Positions 35,801-46,352 of a DNA stretch of 64,000 bases are shown here, piece after piece. Positions within the stretch are counted from its first letter, which is position 1. Each line of letters opens with the position of its first letter. A model generated the notes under the pieces. That model searched no databases and was not told the origin of the DNA. It worked only from the letters and a program-made list of their open reading frames with translations. A program made the position numbers and the translations under genes. Origin of the DNA: Roseibacillus sp. (GTDB taxonomy: Bacteria > Verrucomicrobiota > Verrucomicrobiia > Verrucomicrobiales > Akkermansiaceae); the NCBI GenBank assembly GCA_965242925.1, contig CBDEUM010000039.1, forward strand, positions 64,001-128,000, written 5' to 3'.

Positions 35801-38565
35801 TTCTCAGGCGCGTCTTCCGGCGCGATCTCGTTTTCGTTCTCTTTTTCGGCAATGACCGGAACCTTGGCAAGGACAACCCGGAAACCGTAGAGACCGGAAG
35901 TATCGGCATTGCCCCCGCCCAGGGAGGGTTTGCGTACGGGTCGTCGCACCGAGGCCTTGAGGTGATTGTCCACGAAGCTCTTCCAGCAGGCCCCCCGCGC
36001 GACGTCATACTCGCCGAAGGAACTGTAATCACTCCCCACCCACTCCAGCACGTTACCCCCGAGATCATACATCATGTGATCACCCAGCAGCCGGCCAGCA
36101 TAGCTGCCCACCGATGACGTGTAGGCCACTCCATCATCGTAGTCCGCAATATGTTCGCCGGCCTCCACGACATCGGCACCCACCAGACTCAAGTCCGCAA
36201 AGTTTCCACTGCGCTCCGACGGCGGCATCTTCGCTCCCCAGAAGAACCTGTCAGCTCGGCCATGCTTCTCCATCGGCCACACCCCGATTTCACCATCCAG
36301 ACCCACGAAGATACTCCACTCCACATCGGTGGGCAGACGATAGTGGTGTCCCACTCCGATCTCACCCTTCTTGCGCTCGTAATAGGTGAGCCACAGGCAA
36401 AACAACTCCGCATCCTCCCGCGTGACATTCACCACCGGATGGTCGGGACCACGGGCCTGCGGATCCTCCCGCGCAAATTCCGGTTGCACCGAAGGGAGAA
36501 CCTTGTCCTTCTGCTGGCTGACGAATCGGGCATAATCCGCCGCTGCGGTCTTGTCATTCCGCTTGGGCACAGGGAGCTTTTCCGCCATGCTTCTGATGAA
36601 AAGGTCATAATCACGCTGTCGGGTTTCCCAGATGCTGGCCAGCAGTTCCAGATCCTCCCGGACGGGTATCAACTGCATGGCCAGGCTGTTTTCGAGTGGT
36701 TCACGCGGATAGGCAAAGAGGTTCTCACGCTGAAGGGGAATGACCATGCCCTCCAGGATCTGGTCCGTGCGCAGATAGAGGGGTTGCTCGTGTCGCCGGA
36801 ACATGGGCAATTCCACGATCAGTTTGAGTTCCCCCTGCCCTTTTGGATTCAGCTCCACCCGCGCTCCCCGCTTTTCCTCGCCTGTTCCTTCGAGAGGAGT
36901 CTGACCCAGGGCCTGCGAGTAGACCTGCCCCTTGTGTGTCCGCTGGATGTACACTTCGGCCCCGGCAGGTCTGCTGGTCAGTTTGAGATAGGCATAGGCC
37001 GTCGTACGCACCATCGCGTAAAAGGGATGGATCTTCCGTTTCTGGGGATCTTCCGGACTGAGCCCGGGAATGAGCCGGTTGTAGTCCAGCTTGAACTCAA
37101 GCCACTGATCTTCTTCCAGGTGAGTCTCCCGGCACTGTTTCTCCAGCCACTTGACGTACTCCCGAGCCCCTTTCTCATTGACCAGGACAACCTCGTTCTC
37201 GATCCCGTTCTCGGTCAGGGTCCTCACCAGTCCCACCTTCCGATCGGTCTCCTGCCGGTAGTAATCCCAGGCCTCCGCGGTCACGTAATACTGGCTGATA
37301 TGATAGTCCTCCTCGGGCTGGTAACGCGTCCCGAAGACATCCACCCAGGGCTCAAGCTCAAGGGGCGGGTTGAATTCCACCAGAGACGGTCCGATTACCG
37401 CCCCCTTCTCGCCAACCTTCTCCGTCACGGTCTGCTCCCGATAACCTTTCAGTTTGAGCGTGAAGGTCACGGTACTCCCCTCGGGATAATCGATCGGATC
37501 CAGAGGCGTGAGCCCCAGGGACTCCCCCTCCTCGCTGTAAACCACTGCCCCCGGGGGATCGCTGAGGATGGTCACACCCCGCATCTGCAATGGCGGCGGC
37601 TCCAGGGCCTCCGCACTGGAGGGGATCTCAAGCGGCTTGAGGGCAATCAGCTGAGCTGCCGTAGCCATACCAATCACGGCGGCGAGCACGCCAGCCACTA
37701 CGCCAGCCCGCACGCGAATGGGCCGCGGTTGACCCTGCTCCAGACGGTGCAGTTCACGGGCCAGTTCCCCCGCCGATCTGATTTTCCGCCGCGAAATCTT
37801 CGGCTCGCAAATATCGCAAATGGTCAGGTTGAGTGCGCGCCAGCGTTTGAGCTTGGAACCCTTCGGCAGATGGTCAGGCAATTCCGGAAAATCAAGACGA
37901 TCCTTCCCGGTCGCCATTTCATAAAGCACCTTACCGAGGCTGTAGACATCGGCCTGGGCCGAACCTGGTCCTTCCGGGGGCACGAATCCTTCCGTACCCA
38001 CGAACGTCTGCTGACCCCGCAGAGCCACCAGCCCGATATCAGCCAACTTGGCCTTCCCGTCGACGAAGATGACATTGGAGGGCTTCACGTCGCGGTGGGC
38101 CAGTCCATGCTCATGGAGATGTTCCAGAGCCTCCGCCAGGGTTCGCCCGCAGGTGATGCAGTCCTCCACTCCAATCGCATCGCCTTCCGCCTCCCTCATG
38201 TCGCTGCGCAGGGTACGCGGCTCATACTCCACGGGATTGAGGTTCCGCCCCATCGTGATGTCATCGCCCAGCTCCATCACGTAATAGTAAAAGGGTTCGT
38301 CCTCCACCTCGGCACGTCCCACGTGCAGGATGTTTACCAGTCCCGGGTGATCCCGGGAGATGGGCTCGTATTTCAGAATCCCCTCGAATTCGCGCTCAAA
38401 TCCCCGTTCATCCTCAAAATCGTTATGCCAGACAGTCTTCACTGCCCGCAGCGCACCAGTCACCCCGCGAGCGAGCCACACCTCACCGTAGGAGCCGCCG
38501 CCGATCTTCCTCAGAACCTCATGATCTGGGATCGTCGGTTCCGGGCGAACCTTATTGTTTTGCAT
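35797..38565 (-). CDS. Membrane Ser/Thr protein kinase with PEGA-like and FGE/SUMF1-like extracytoplasmic domains
   Basis: IGGGSYGEVW, AVK, HRDVKPSN, LADIGL, GTEGFVPPE, DVYSLG; one TM; SDPPGA and SRPAGAEVY (PEGA-like); HPVVNVT, YRLPTDVEW, YDLGGNVLEW, YGFRVVL (FGE-like). Confidence 0.92.
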   Translation of the reverse strand: MQNNKVRPEPTIPDHEVLRKIGGGSYGEVWLARGVTGALRAVKTVWHNDFEDERGFEREFEGILKYEPISRDHPGLVNILHVGRAEVEDEPFYYYVMELGDDITMGRNLNPVEYEPRTLRSDMREAEGDAIGVEDCITCGRTLAEALEHLHEHGLAHRDVKPSNVIFVDGKAKLADIGLVALRGQQTFVGTEGFVPPEGPGSAQADVYSLGKVLYEMATGKDRLDFPELPDHLPKGSKLKRWRALNLTICDICEPKISRRKIRSAGELARELHRLEQGQPRPIRVRAGVVAGVLAAVIGMATAAQLIALKPLEIPSSAEALEPPPLQMRGVTILSDPPGAVVYSEEGESLGLTPLDPIDYPEGSTVTFTLKLKGYREQTVTEKVGEKGAVIGPSLVEFNPPLELEPWVDVFGTRYQPEEDYHISQYYVTAEAWDYYRQETDRKVGLVRTLTENGIENEVVLVNEKGAREYVKWLEKQCRETHLEEDQWLEFKLDYNRLIPGLSPEDPQKRKIHPFYAMVRTTAYAYLKLTSRPAGAEVYIQRTHKGQVYSQALGQTPLEGTGEEKRGARVELNPKGQGELKLIVELPMFRRHEQPLYLRTDQILEGMVIPLQRENLFAYPREPLENSLAMQLIPVREDLELLASIWETRQRDYDLFIRSMAEKLPVPKRNDKTAAADYARFVSQQKDKVLPSVQPEFAREDPQARGPDHPVVNVTREDAELFCLWLTYYERKKGEIGVGHHYRLPTDVEWSIFVGLDGEIGVWPMEKHGRADRFFWGAKMPPSERSGNFADLSLVGADVVEAGEHIADYDDGVAYTSSVGSYAGRLLGDHMMYDLGGNVLEWVGSDYSSFGEYDVARGACWKSFVDNHLKASVRRPVRKPSLGGGNADTSGLYGFRVVLAKVPVIAEKENENEIAPEDAPEK

Positions 38566-39235
38566 GCTTTTCGAATTTGGCCAGCTCCCGCTTCAGCACA
38601 GCGCCCACCCGGTGCTTGGCAAGATAGACTTGAGCCATGCTGACGCCAAGGTGCGCCTGCACCTTCTTGGCTTCCCACTGTTTCACGACGTAGTAATCAA
38701 AAATCTGGTATTGCTTCGGTGAAACCTGGGCCTTGACCCGCGCGAGCGCCGCATCCACCAGATTTTTCTTCCACTCCACATCCCACATACGCTCCAGAAG
38801 GTCCCCCTTGGGATCTTCAAACCGGTCAATCACCGCGGTCTTGCGGTCATTATCCCATTCGCCCCCCGCCATCGCAGTGTCCTTCTTGCGCTTGCGGAAC
38901 TGGTCGTTGATCCGCCAGCGCGTCATGTTCATGAGCCATGTCTTGAAGGAACCCTGCCCCGGATCGTAAAGGCGCTTCTTGCTCTGCTTGGCAATCGAGA
39001 GGATTGTTTCCTGGACCACGTCGAAGGCTTCGTCAGAACGCAGACCGGCCTTCAACCCCACCGAGTAGATGAGCCGCCAGTAAGTCTGGTAAAACTCGTC
39101 CCAGGTTCTTTGGTCATCCCAGTTCTCCAGGCGAGCAATGAGACTTTTGCGAGTCCTTGCATAGGCTTTCTCAATACCCTTCTTCCGCGTATCGGCTGCG
39201 GCCTCGACATCTTTTCGCTGGATCTCTTCGGGCAT
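38552..39235 (-). CDS. ECF-type sigma-70 factor
   Basis: TRKSLIARL...WDEFYQTYWRLIY, EAFDVVQET, GSFKTWL, region 4 VQAHLGVSMAQVYLAKHRV; ATG 39235 chosen; overlaps the kinase start by 14 bp. Confidence 0.92.
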   Translation of the reverse strand: MPEEIQRKDVEAAADTRKKGIEKAYARTRKSLIARLENWDDQRTWDEFYQTYWRLIYSVGLKAGLRSDEAFDVVQETILSIAKQSKKRLYDPGQGSFKTWLMNMTRWRINDQFRKRKKDTAMAGGEWDNDRKTAVIDRFEDPKGDLLERMWDVEWKKNLVDAALARVKAQVSPKQYQIFDYYVVKQWEAKKVQAHLGVSMAQVYLAKHRVGAVLKRELAKFEKHAKQ

Positions 39236-39269
39236 TAAATGAAATGGGTTCCTACTATAAAGCGCCAGA

Positions 39270-39287
39270 GAGGTCGCTGGCGACCTC
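39270..39287. promoter_or_regulatory. Perfect 8-bp inverted repeat upstream of the ECF gene
   Basis: GAGGTCGC-TG-GCGACCTC, lying 11-28 bp upstream of a minus-strand TATAGT (39259-39254). Confidence 0.45.
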
Positions 39288-39513
39288 AGATTTATTGTCA
39301 CAGCCTAAATTTCATAGAGCTCAAACTTTCCTTAATCTCATTGCGTGCACCCGCGGTCCCAGGATCTGGTCCGAGTTTCTCTTACCCATTCCGGGTATTC
39401 ACGGTCTCCGCTCCCGTCGGACCTCCTCTCTTCCTCTCTCGAATCGAGGCATGGAGTTACAAAAAGAATTGCCCCCTCCGCTCCGTATCCCTAAGCGTCT
39501 AGTAACCATAGTC

Positions 39514-40527
39514 ATGAACACCGAATCCTCTCCAGATTGCACCTCCGACGGCACCTCCTCCACCAGTCGCCGTACCTTCCTCCGCACTTCCACCGGTGCC
39601 GCCGCCGGAATTGGGGCTGCCGGTTTTGTCCCTGCCCTCGCCGCCAGGAAGAAAGAGGCCAAGGGCACTCCCGAAACCCTGGTGAAGACCTTTTACGACA
39701 CCCTGAGTGAAGAGCAGCAGAAGGTAATGTGTTTCCCCTTCGATCACAAGCTGCGCCTCAAGGTGGACAACAACTGGCAGATCACCAAGGCCAAGGTGGA
39801 GAGCTTCACCAAGGACCAGCAAGCCATGATCAAGGATATCTTCATGGGAATCCACAGCGAGGAGTATGCCGAGAAAGTCTTTGACCAGGTCGAGTGGGAC
39901 AGCGGAATCGACGGCTTCGAGGGAGGCTCCTCGATCGGCATCTTCGGCAAGCCCGGAACCGGCAAGTTTGAGTTTGTCCTGACCGGCCGCCACTGCACCC
40001 GCCGCTGCGACGGTGACTCGGTGGAAGGCGCCGCCTTCGGGGGGCCCATCTTCTACGGCCACGCCGGCAAGGGCTTCAACGAAGGTCCCAAGCACGAAGA
40101 AAATGCCTACTGGTACCAGGCCGTCACCGCCAACGAGGTCTACCAGATGCTCGATGGCAAACAGCGCAAGACCGCCCTGCTCGGCAAGAGTCGGGGCGAA
40201 AAGGGCAACAAGACGGTCGCGTTAACCGGCAAGAAGACCGGCCTGGAGGGAATCCGGGCAGGGGACCTCAGCGCGGACCAGAAGGATCACCTCATGAAGG
40301 TGGTGGGGGATCTCCTTGCTCCCTTCCGCAAGCAGGACTCCCAGGAAGCCCTCAAATACATCAAGGCGGGCGGAGTCGACAACCTGCACCTCGCCTTCTA
40401 CAAGGACGAGAATATCGGCAAGGATGAGGTCTGGGATGTCTGGCAACTGGAGGGGCCGAATATGATCTCCTACTTCCGTGGCAAACCCCACGTCCACGCC
40501 TGGCTGCACGTCCGCAAGCCCGCCTGA
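39514..40527 (+). CDS. Tat-exported DUF3500-like protein
   Basis: Twin-arginine SRRTFL plus hydrophobic stretch; FEFVLTGRHCT, AAFGGPIFYGH, YFRGKPHVHAW. Confidence 0.75.
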   Translation: MNTESSPDCTSDGTSSTSRRTFLRTSTGAAAGIGAAGFVPALAARKKEAKGTPETLVKTFYDTLSEEQQKVMCFPFDHKLRLKVDNNWQITKAKVESFTKDQQAMIKDIFMGIHSEEYAEKVFDQVEWDSGIDGFEGGSSIGIFGKPGTGKFEFVLTGRHCTRRCDGDSVEGAAFGGPIFYGHAGKGFNEGPKHEENAYWYQAVTANEVYQMLDGKQRKTALLGKSRGEKGNKTVALTGKKTGLEGIRAGDLSADQKDHLMKVVGDLLAPFRKQDSQEALKYIKAGGVDNLHLAFYKDENIGKDEVWDVWQLEGPNMISYFRGKPHVHAWLHVRKPA

Positions 40528-40556
40528 GAATGCAGCGGGTTTCATAAGGGCCGGCC

Positions 40557-41069
40557 TTACAGGCCCGCTGCCTTCCACTCCTTCCAACCGCCCTTGTAGA
40601 CAGCGGTCGAGTAGCCGAGTCCGGACAACTCGTCCGCCATGCGGAGGCCATCGGGACATTGCTCGTTGGTGCAATAGAGCACGACGACCCTGCCGCCTTC
40701 CAGAGCGGCATCAAATTGCGACTGGAGGCCGGGAAACTCTGAGTCGAATTTCTTCAGCGGCAGGCTGATTGCGCCGGGAATATGCCCCAGCTTGAAAAAG
40801 AATGCCGGGCGAACATCAACCAGGAAGACCCGCCCTTCTTCCCGCAGCTGGAACAAGCTGCCGATATCCACCTGACTGATCTTCCCTTTTCTTCCGGGCT
40901 CCTCCCCCTGCACTACCCTGGGCCGAGCAGGTTCCTCATCCTGTCCCGGCAGCGTCCCCGGCAGCAGGATTTCCTCTTCATGAGTGATCCCGATGCACGA
41001 TACCAGCAGCGCAGCCACCACCAGCACAGGCATATGAAGCCAGATTCTGGTAATCATGGTCCTCTTCAT
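40557..41069 (-). CDS. Rhodanese-like domain lipoprotein
   Basis: Lipobox LVSC; LVDVRP, GHIPGAISLP, VVLYC, YKGGWKEW. Confidence 0.87.
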   Translation of the reverse strand: MKRTMITRIWLHMPVLVVAALLVSCIGITHEEEILLPGTLPGQDEEPARPRVVQGEEPGRKGKISQVDIGSLFQLREEGRVFLVDVRPAFFFKLGHIPGAISLPLKKFDSEFPGLQSQFDAALEGGRVVVLYCTNEQCPDGLRMADELSGLGYSTAVYKGGWKEWKAAGL

Positions 41070-41185
41070 TAAATCAGTTCAATACCACCCTGGATCTTCC
41101 CGGGGTCCTGCCAGAAAATATCCCGGAACATCATCTCGTCCGGGCTCATGCAGCAATCGGGCGCAAAAAAACAGCCTGCCTTTCC

Positions 41186-42472
41186 CTACTTTGCCCCGAA
41201 GCAGTAGAGATTACGACGCCCCCGGATAAAAAGGTGGCTCCCGATCGCAACCGGCGAGGCATAGAGATTGTCCTCCAGCTTATTTTCCGTGAGGCCGGTC
41301 AACCCCTTGCCTTCCACGTTCCCGCAATAGACGACCCCATCCACCCGGGCAAGATAGAGCTTGTTGCCAGCCAGGAGAGGCGAAGCATAGAATTTCTGCG
41401 CCGCCTTGGGCAGTTGCTCCTCCCAGATCGTCTTCCCGTTCGCCGCATCGAGGCAGGAAACCAGCCCACGGGGCTTTTCCGAGTCATTGAGCACGATAAA
41501 GGTTCCCGTGCCCTCGTCCGCAACCGGGGAAACCGCATCCGCACCGATGCCCTCCCGCTTCCACTCCCAGGCATCCTTGGTGATGTCTCCCGTTCCCCCT
41601 ACCCGAATTCCACCGGTTAACTTCCCGCGGGCGTAGGACACGGCCACGATCCCCTTGGCCGAGGCCGGAGAGGCGATCACGCGCCAGAACTTGTTCTTCC
41701 CCGGGTTGAATCCCCCGCAGGTCCAGAGCAGTTTGCCGTTTGACGGATCGTGTCCGGTCAAGTGGTCTGCTCCCCAGGTCACGAGGGTCTCCTGCCCGTC
41801 GATCTCCATCACCAGGGGTGTGGTGTAGGAGTCCCCCGATTCCGGACCCACCTCAAAGTTGCGCTCAACCTTCCAGGCCACCTTGCCCGTATTCTTCTTG
41901 AGACCGATCATGTAGGATCCCCCCTCGGTCTGCATGACTGCCACCACGAGGAACCCCCCCGCGATCACCGGGGAAGTGCCCTCGTCCCACCACAGGGTGT
42001 CCCTGCCATACTTGTCCTGCAGGTTGAACTCCCACACCTTCTTGCCTCCCATCGTAAGGGCCGCCACCCGCCCCGACTTGAAATAGGCAAAGATCCCCCG
42101 TCCATCCGTCACGATCGAGGAATTGGCTCCCGTTCCCTTCTGCTTGTTATCCCCCTTGCCCGGGGTCTCACTGCCAAAGGTGGTCCGCCAAAGCTCCTTG
42201 CCGGACAGGCTGTAGGCTACCACGGCGTCATTCCCATCGATCCCACAGGTCACCAGGATCCTGTCGTTGCTGATGATTGGGGTTGAATTACCAGGGCCCG
42301 GGAGATGGACCTTCCAGAGAAGATTCTCCTTCTCGGAAAACTTGGAGACGGTCGTGGCCTCGGGAGCAACCCCGCTTCCATGCGTGTCCCCCCGCCAGCT
42401 TTTCCATTCCTTGGCCTGCACGGACAGGCTTGCTGCCATGATTGCTGCGGTAATAAGGGTCCGGGTGTTCAT
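41186..42472 (-). CDS. Exported PQQ-binding-like beta-propeller protein
   Basis: Signal peptide, WKSWRG, WKVHLPGPGNSTP, repeated G..(L/V)W blades, YASP, LYCFG. Confidence 0.88.
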   Translation of the reverse strand: MNTRTLITAAIMAASLSVQAKEWKSWRGDTHGSGVAPEATTVSKFSEKENLLWKVHLPGPGNSTPIISNDRILVTCGIDGNDAVVAYSLSGKELWRTTFGSETPGKGDNKQKGTGANSSIVTDGRGIFAYFKSGRVAALTMGGKKVWEFNLQDKYGRDTLWWDEGTSPVIAGGFLVVAVMQTEGGSYMIGLKKNTGKVAWKVERNFEVGPESGDSYTTPLVMEIDGQETLVTWGADHLTGHDPSNGKLLWTCGGFNPGKNKFWRVIASPASAKGIVAVSYARGKLTGGIRVGGTGDITKDAWEWKREGIGADAVSPVADEGTGTFIVLNDSEKPRGLVSCLDAANGKTIWEEQLPKAAQKFYASPLLAGNKLYLARVDGVVYCGNVEGKGLTGLTENKLEDNLYASPVAIGSHLFIRGRRNLYCFGAK

Positions 42473-42699
42473 GAATGAATTCTACGCAGGCCAGTGTGCC
42501 GTCTCCCCACAACATGTAAAGACCGCGCAGGCAGAAGGAGTGGATCATCCCTTCGTGTGTCGGGTTCCCCGCCTTTCTACCCGGTCTCTGGTCCTCCCCT
42601 TCTGACCCTGCTTGAGAATCGGATCGCATTTGGAAATTGGCTTGTGGGGTAATCACCGCAAACTTCCTCATCCAACCTCACCAACCGACTGCCCTCCTG

Positions 42700-44245
42700 A
42701 TGCGCTTTCTTCTCCCGATCCTCCTGCTCACCTGCCCGCCCGCCCTCGCCGCCGCTCCCAACATCGTTTTCATCCTCGCTGATGACCTCGGGGTCCGGGA
42801 CCTGTCCATTGAAGGCAGCACCTACTACGAAACCCCCCACATCGATCGCATCGCAAGGGAGGGCGTGCGCTTCACCCACGGCTATGCCACCTGCCAGGTG
42901 TGCTCGCCCTCCCGCGCCAGCATCATGACCGGGAAATATCCCGCCCGCCATGGCGTCACCGACTGGATCGGGGCCGCCACTGGCCTGAACTGGAAACGCA
43001 ACAACAGGATCCTGCCCTCTGAATACGTCCGCCATCTTCCTCACGAGGACACCAGCCTGGCCGAGGCCCTCAAAAAGGGTGGCTACCGGACCTTCTTCGC
43101 CGGCAAGTGGCATCTTGGCGGCGAGGGCTCGTTCCCGGAGGACCACGGCTTTGACCAGAACATCGGCGGACACCACCGGGGCAGCCCCCCCGGGGGCTTC
43201 TTCTCCCCCTTCCGTAACCCCAGGATGAAGGACGGCCCCAAGGGCCAGTCCCTCCCGCTGCGCCTCGCCAACGACACTGCCGCCTTCATCAAGGGCAAGA
43301 CCGACACCCCCTTCTTCGCCTTTCTCTCCTTTTACTCGGTCCACGGCCCCATCCAGACCACGCCGGATCTCTGGAAGAAATACCGGGACAAGGCTGGCAA
43401 GTCCCCCCACGAGGGCAACCGCTTCCTCATCGATCGCACCCTGCCCGTGCGACAGGTCCAGGACTGTCCCATCTATGCCGGTATGATGGAAACCATGGAT
43501 GACGCGGTCGGCATCGTCCTCCAAGCCCTCGATGAAGCAGGAGTTGCAGACAACACCATCGTGATCTTCACCTCCGACAACGGTGGAGTCTCCTCGGGTG
43601 ATGCCTTCGCCACCTCCAACCTCCCCTACCGCGGGGGCAAGGGGCGCCAGTGGGAGGGCGGGATCCGGGAACCCTACTACATCAAGGCCCCGGGAGTCGC
43701 CCGGACCGGGGGCAATCTGCGAGACCCCGGTGACCGGAACGGATTTCTATCCCACCCTCCTCGAACTGGCAGGCCTTGACCCCCTCCCCGCCCAGCACGT
43801 CGACGGCGTGAGCCTCGTCCCCCTCCTCAAGGGAGAAAAGATTCCCTCAAGGGACCTCTTCTGGCACTACCCGCACTATGGAAACCAAGGTGGTGAGCCA
43901 AGTGCCATCATCCGCCGCGGGGACTGGAAGCTCATTCACTACTACGAGGATGGCAGGGACGAACTCTACAACCTCGCCCGGGATATCGGGGAGCAGACCG
44001 ACCTCGCCGCCGGGGAAGGACCACGGGTGAAAACACTCCGCGCCGCCCTCGACGCCTGGCTCGCCGGGACGGGAGCCCGCATCCCCAAGAAGGATGCCCG
44101 CTTCGATGCCGCCCGACGGGCCCAGCAGGATGCCACCATCAAAACGCAGCGTCTTCCCCGGCTCGAGAAGCAGCATGCCAACTTCCTCGCTCCCGGATTC
44201 CAGCCCAATGCAACCTGGTGGGGCAGCAAGGTGACCAGGGACTAA
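42700..44245 (+). CDS. Cys-type sulfatase with one +1 frameshift near 43705-43712
   Basis: PNIVFILADDLG, CSPSRASIMTG, GKWHLG, FTSDNGG, EGGIREP in the first frame; TDFYPTLLELAG, DGVSL, ELYNL continue in the 43583..44245 frame. Confidence 0.85.
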
Positions 44246-44312
44246 GCCCAATCACGCCCGGAACCGGAGCTGCGCTCTTGCTCCCGGGCAACCACATCAC
44301 CATCCTCCCACC

Positions 44313-45774
44313 ATGCGTTCACTCCTCCCCTGGCTCCTCGCCGCCTCTCTCTTCCCGGCCTTCGCCGCCGCCAAGCCGCCCAACATCATCTTCATTCTCA
44401 GCGACGACCATCGTTACGACCTCATGGGCTTCCATCCCGATGCCCCCGAGTGGCTGGAAACCCCCGCCCTCGACCGGCTCGCCAAGGAAGGGGCTCACCT
44501 CGCCAACGCCTTCGTCAGCACCTCCCTCTGTTCCCCCAGCCGGGCCTCCGTCCTGACCGGCCAGTACATGCACCACCACCGCGTGGTCGACAACCAGCGC
44601 CCCGTCCCCAAGGGAACCGTCTTCTTCCCCCAGCACCTCCAGAAAGCCGGTTACCGCACCGCCTACGTGGGCAAGTGGCATATGGGCCACGACAACGACG
44701 AACCGCGTCCCGGCTTCCACCACTGGGTCAGCTTCAAGGGCCAGGGCACCTACTTCGATCCGGAGCTCAACATCAACGGCAGACGCCAGGCCTTCAAGGG
44801 CTACAATGCGGACATCCTGACCGCCCAGGCCATCAAGTGGCTCAAGGAACGGCCCGCCGACCAACCCTTCCTCCTCTATCTCGGCTATAAGGCCGTCCAC
44901 TACCCCTTCACGCCCGCCCCCCGCCATGCCACCCGCTACGAGGGCAAAAAAATCCCCTACCCCGCCACCATGGCCAATACCGAGGAGAACTACGCCACCC
45001 AGCCCCGCTGGGTCCGCGAACGCCGTTTCGGCATCCACGGGATCGACCACATGCAGACCGGCCCCCTCGACCACGACCCGGTCCCTGACTTCGACGAACT
45101 CTACTACAACTTCTGCGAAACCATCCACGGCCTCGACGAAAACATCGGTCGCCTCCTCACCCACCTTGACCAGAGCGAACTCACCAAGGACACCCTCGTG
45201 GTCTACATGGGAGACAACGGCTTCGCCCTCGGGAGAGCACGGCTTCTACGACAAGCGCGATGCCTTCGAGGAAAGCATCCGCGTGCCCCTCCTCGCCCGG
45301 GGACCGGGCATCAAGCCCGGCACCGTGGTTGAGGAGATGGTCCAGAACATCGACATCGCCCCCACCCTCCTTGAGGCTGCCGGCACCAAGGCCCCTGCCA
45401 ACGCCCCGGAGTTTGACGGACGCTCCTTCCTCTCCCTCCTCAAGGGCCTCAAACCTCCCACCCCATGGCGCAACCACATCCTCTACGAGTACCACTGGGA
45501 GTGGAACTTTCCCGCCCAGCCCACCACTCTTGCCATTCGCACCGACCGCTGGAAATACGTCTACACCCATGGCCACTGGGACATCAATGGCCTCTACGAC
45601 CTTGAGACCGATCCCCACGAGCGCCACAACCTGATCAGGGTCCCTGCCTTCCGGGAAAAAGCCGACTCCCTCCGCACCCAACTCTTCAGAGAACTCGGTG
45701 AGTCCGGCGGGCTCCTCATGCCCATTCGCCCCCCCGCTGGCGACCCCTACCACGACCGGAAACTGAAGAGATAG
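44313..45774 (+). CDS. Cys-type sulfatase with one +1 frameshift at about 45231-45233
   Basis: PNIIFILSDDHR, CSPSRASVLTG, GKWHMG, GDNGFALG; then EHGFYDKR, SIRVPLL, NIDIAPT, LYDLETDPHE in the 44926..45774 frame. Confidence 0.85.
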
Positions 45775-45782
45775 CCGGCACC

Positions 45783-46313
45783 ATGGCCCGCAATGTCGAA
45801 ATCAAGGCCCGCCTGTCCGACTACGAAAACACCGCCCGGCGGGCCCGGGAATTGTCCCCCTCCGAACCGGTTGTCATCGCGCAGGAAGATGTCTTCTTCC
45901 CGTGCCCCTCCGGCCGCCTCAAGCTCCGCATCCTCAGCCCCGGGCGGGGTGAACTCATTTTCTACCAGCGCCCGGACCAGGAGGGACCCAAGACCTCCCA
46001 CTACTCCCTTGCCCCCACTTCCGATCCCACCGGAATGCGCCATGTCCTCGCTACCGCCTACGGGGAAAAGGCCGTGGTCCGGAAAGTCCGCCATCTCTAC
46101 CTCGTCGGCCGGACCCGTATCCATCTCGACCGGGTCGAGGAACTCGGGGACTTCCTGGAACTCGAGGTCGTCCTCGCCGAGGGGGATTCCATAGGGGATG
46201 GCGAGGCCGAGGCACACCAGCTCATGCGCTCCCTGGGGGTGACTCCTGAAGATCTCGTTCCCGACGCCTACGTTGATTTACTGGAGAGAAGCCATGGGCC
46301 CGGGGCCCCCTGA
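45783..46313 (+). CDS. CYTH-domain protein (class IV adenylate cyclase-like)
   Basis: NVEIKAR (ExExK-type), QEDVFF, RLKLR, VRKVR, HLDRVEELGDFLELE. Confidence 0.88.
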   Translation: MARNVEIKARLSDYENTARRARELSPSEPVVIAQEDVFFPCPSGRLKLRILSPGRGELIFYQRPDQEGPKTSHYSLAPTSDPTGMRHVLATAYGEKAVVRKVRHLYLVGRTRIHLDRVEELGDFLELEVVLAEGDSIGDGEAEAHQLMRSLGVTPEDLVPDAYVDLLERSHGPGAP

Positions 46314-46352
46314 CGGGAGGCTCATCCAACGCCCCATCAGCGATCTCCCGCG

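Noticed and set aside
35797..36700. FGE-like domain acting as maturase for the nearby sulfatases
   Set aside because: It is the outside domain of a receptor kinase and I do not see the catalytic Cys pair of true FGE; more likely a binding module
36151..38643. 830-aa plus-strand ORF, and similar long ORFs such as 59764..62172 +, 27749..29932 -, 16717..18882 - and 49085..50551 -
   Set aside because: Antisense shadows of well-supported genes with no recognisable motifs; long stop-free antisense frames are expected at high GC
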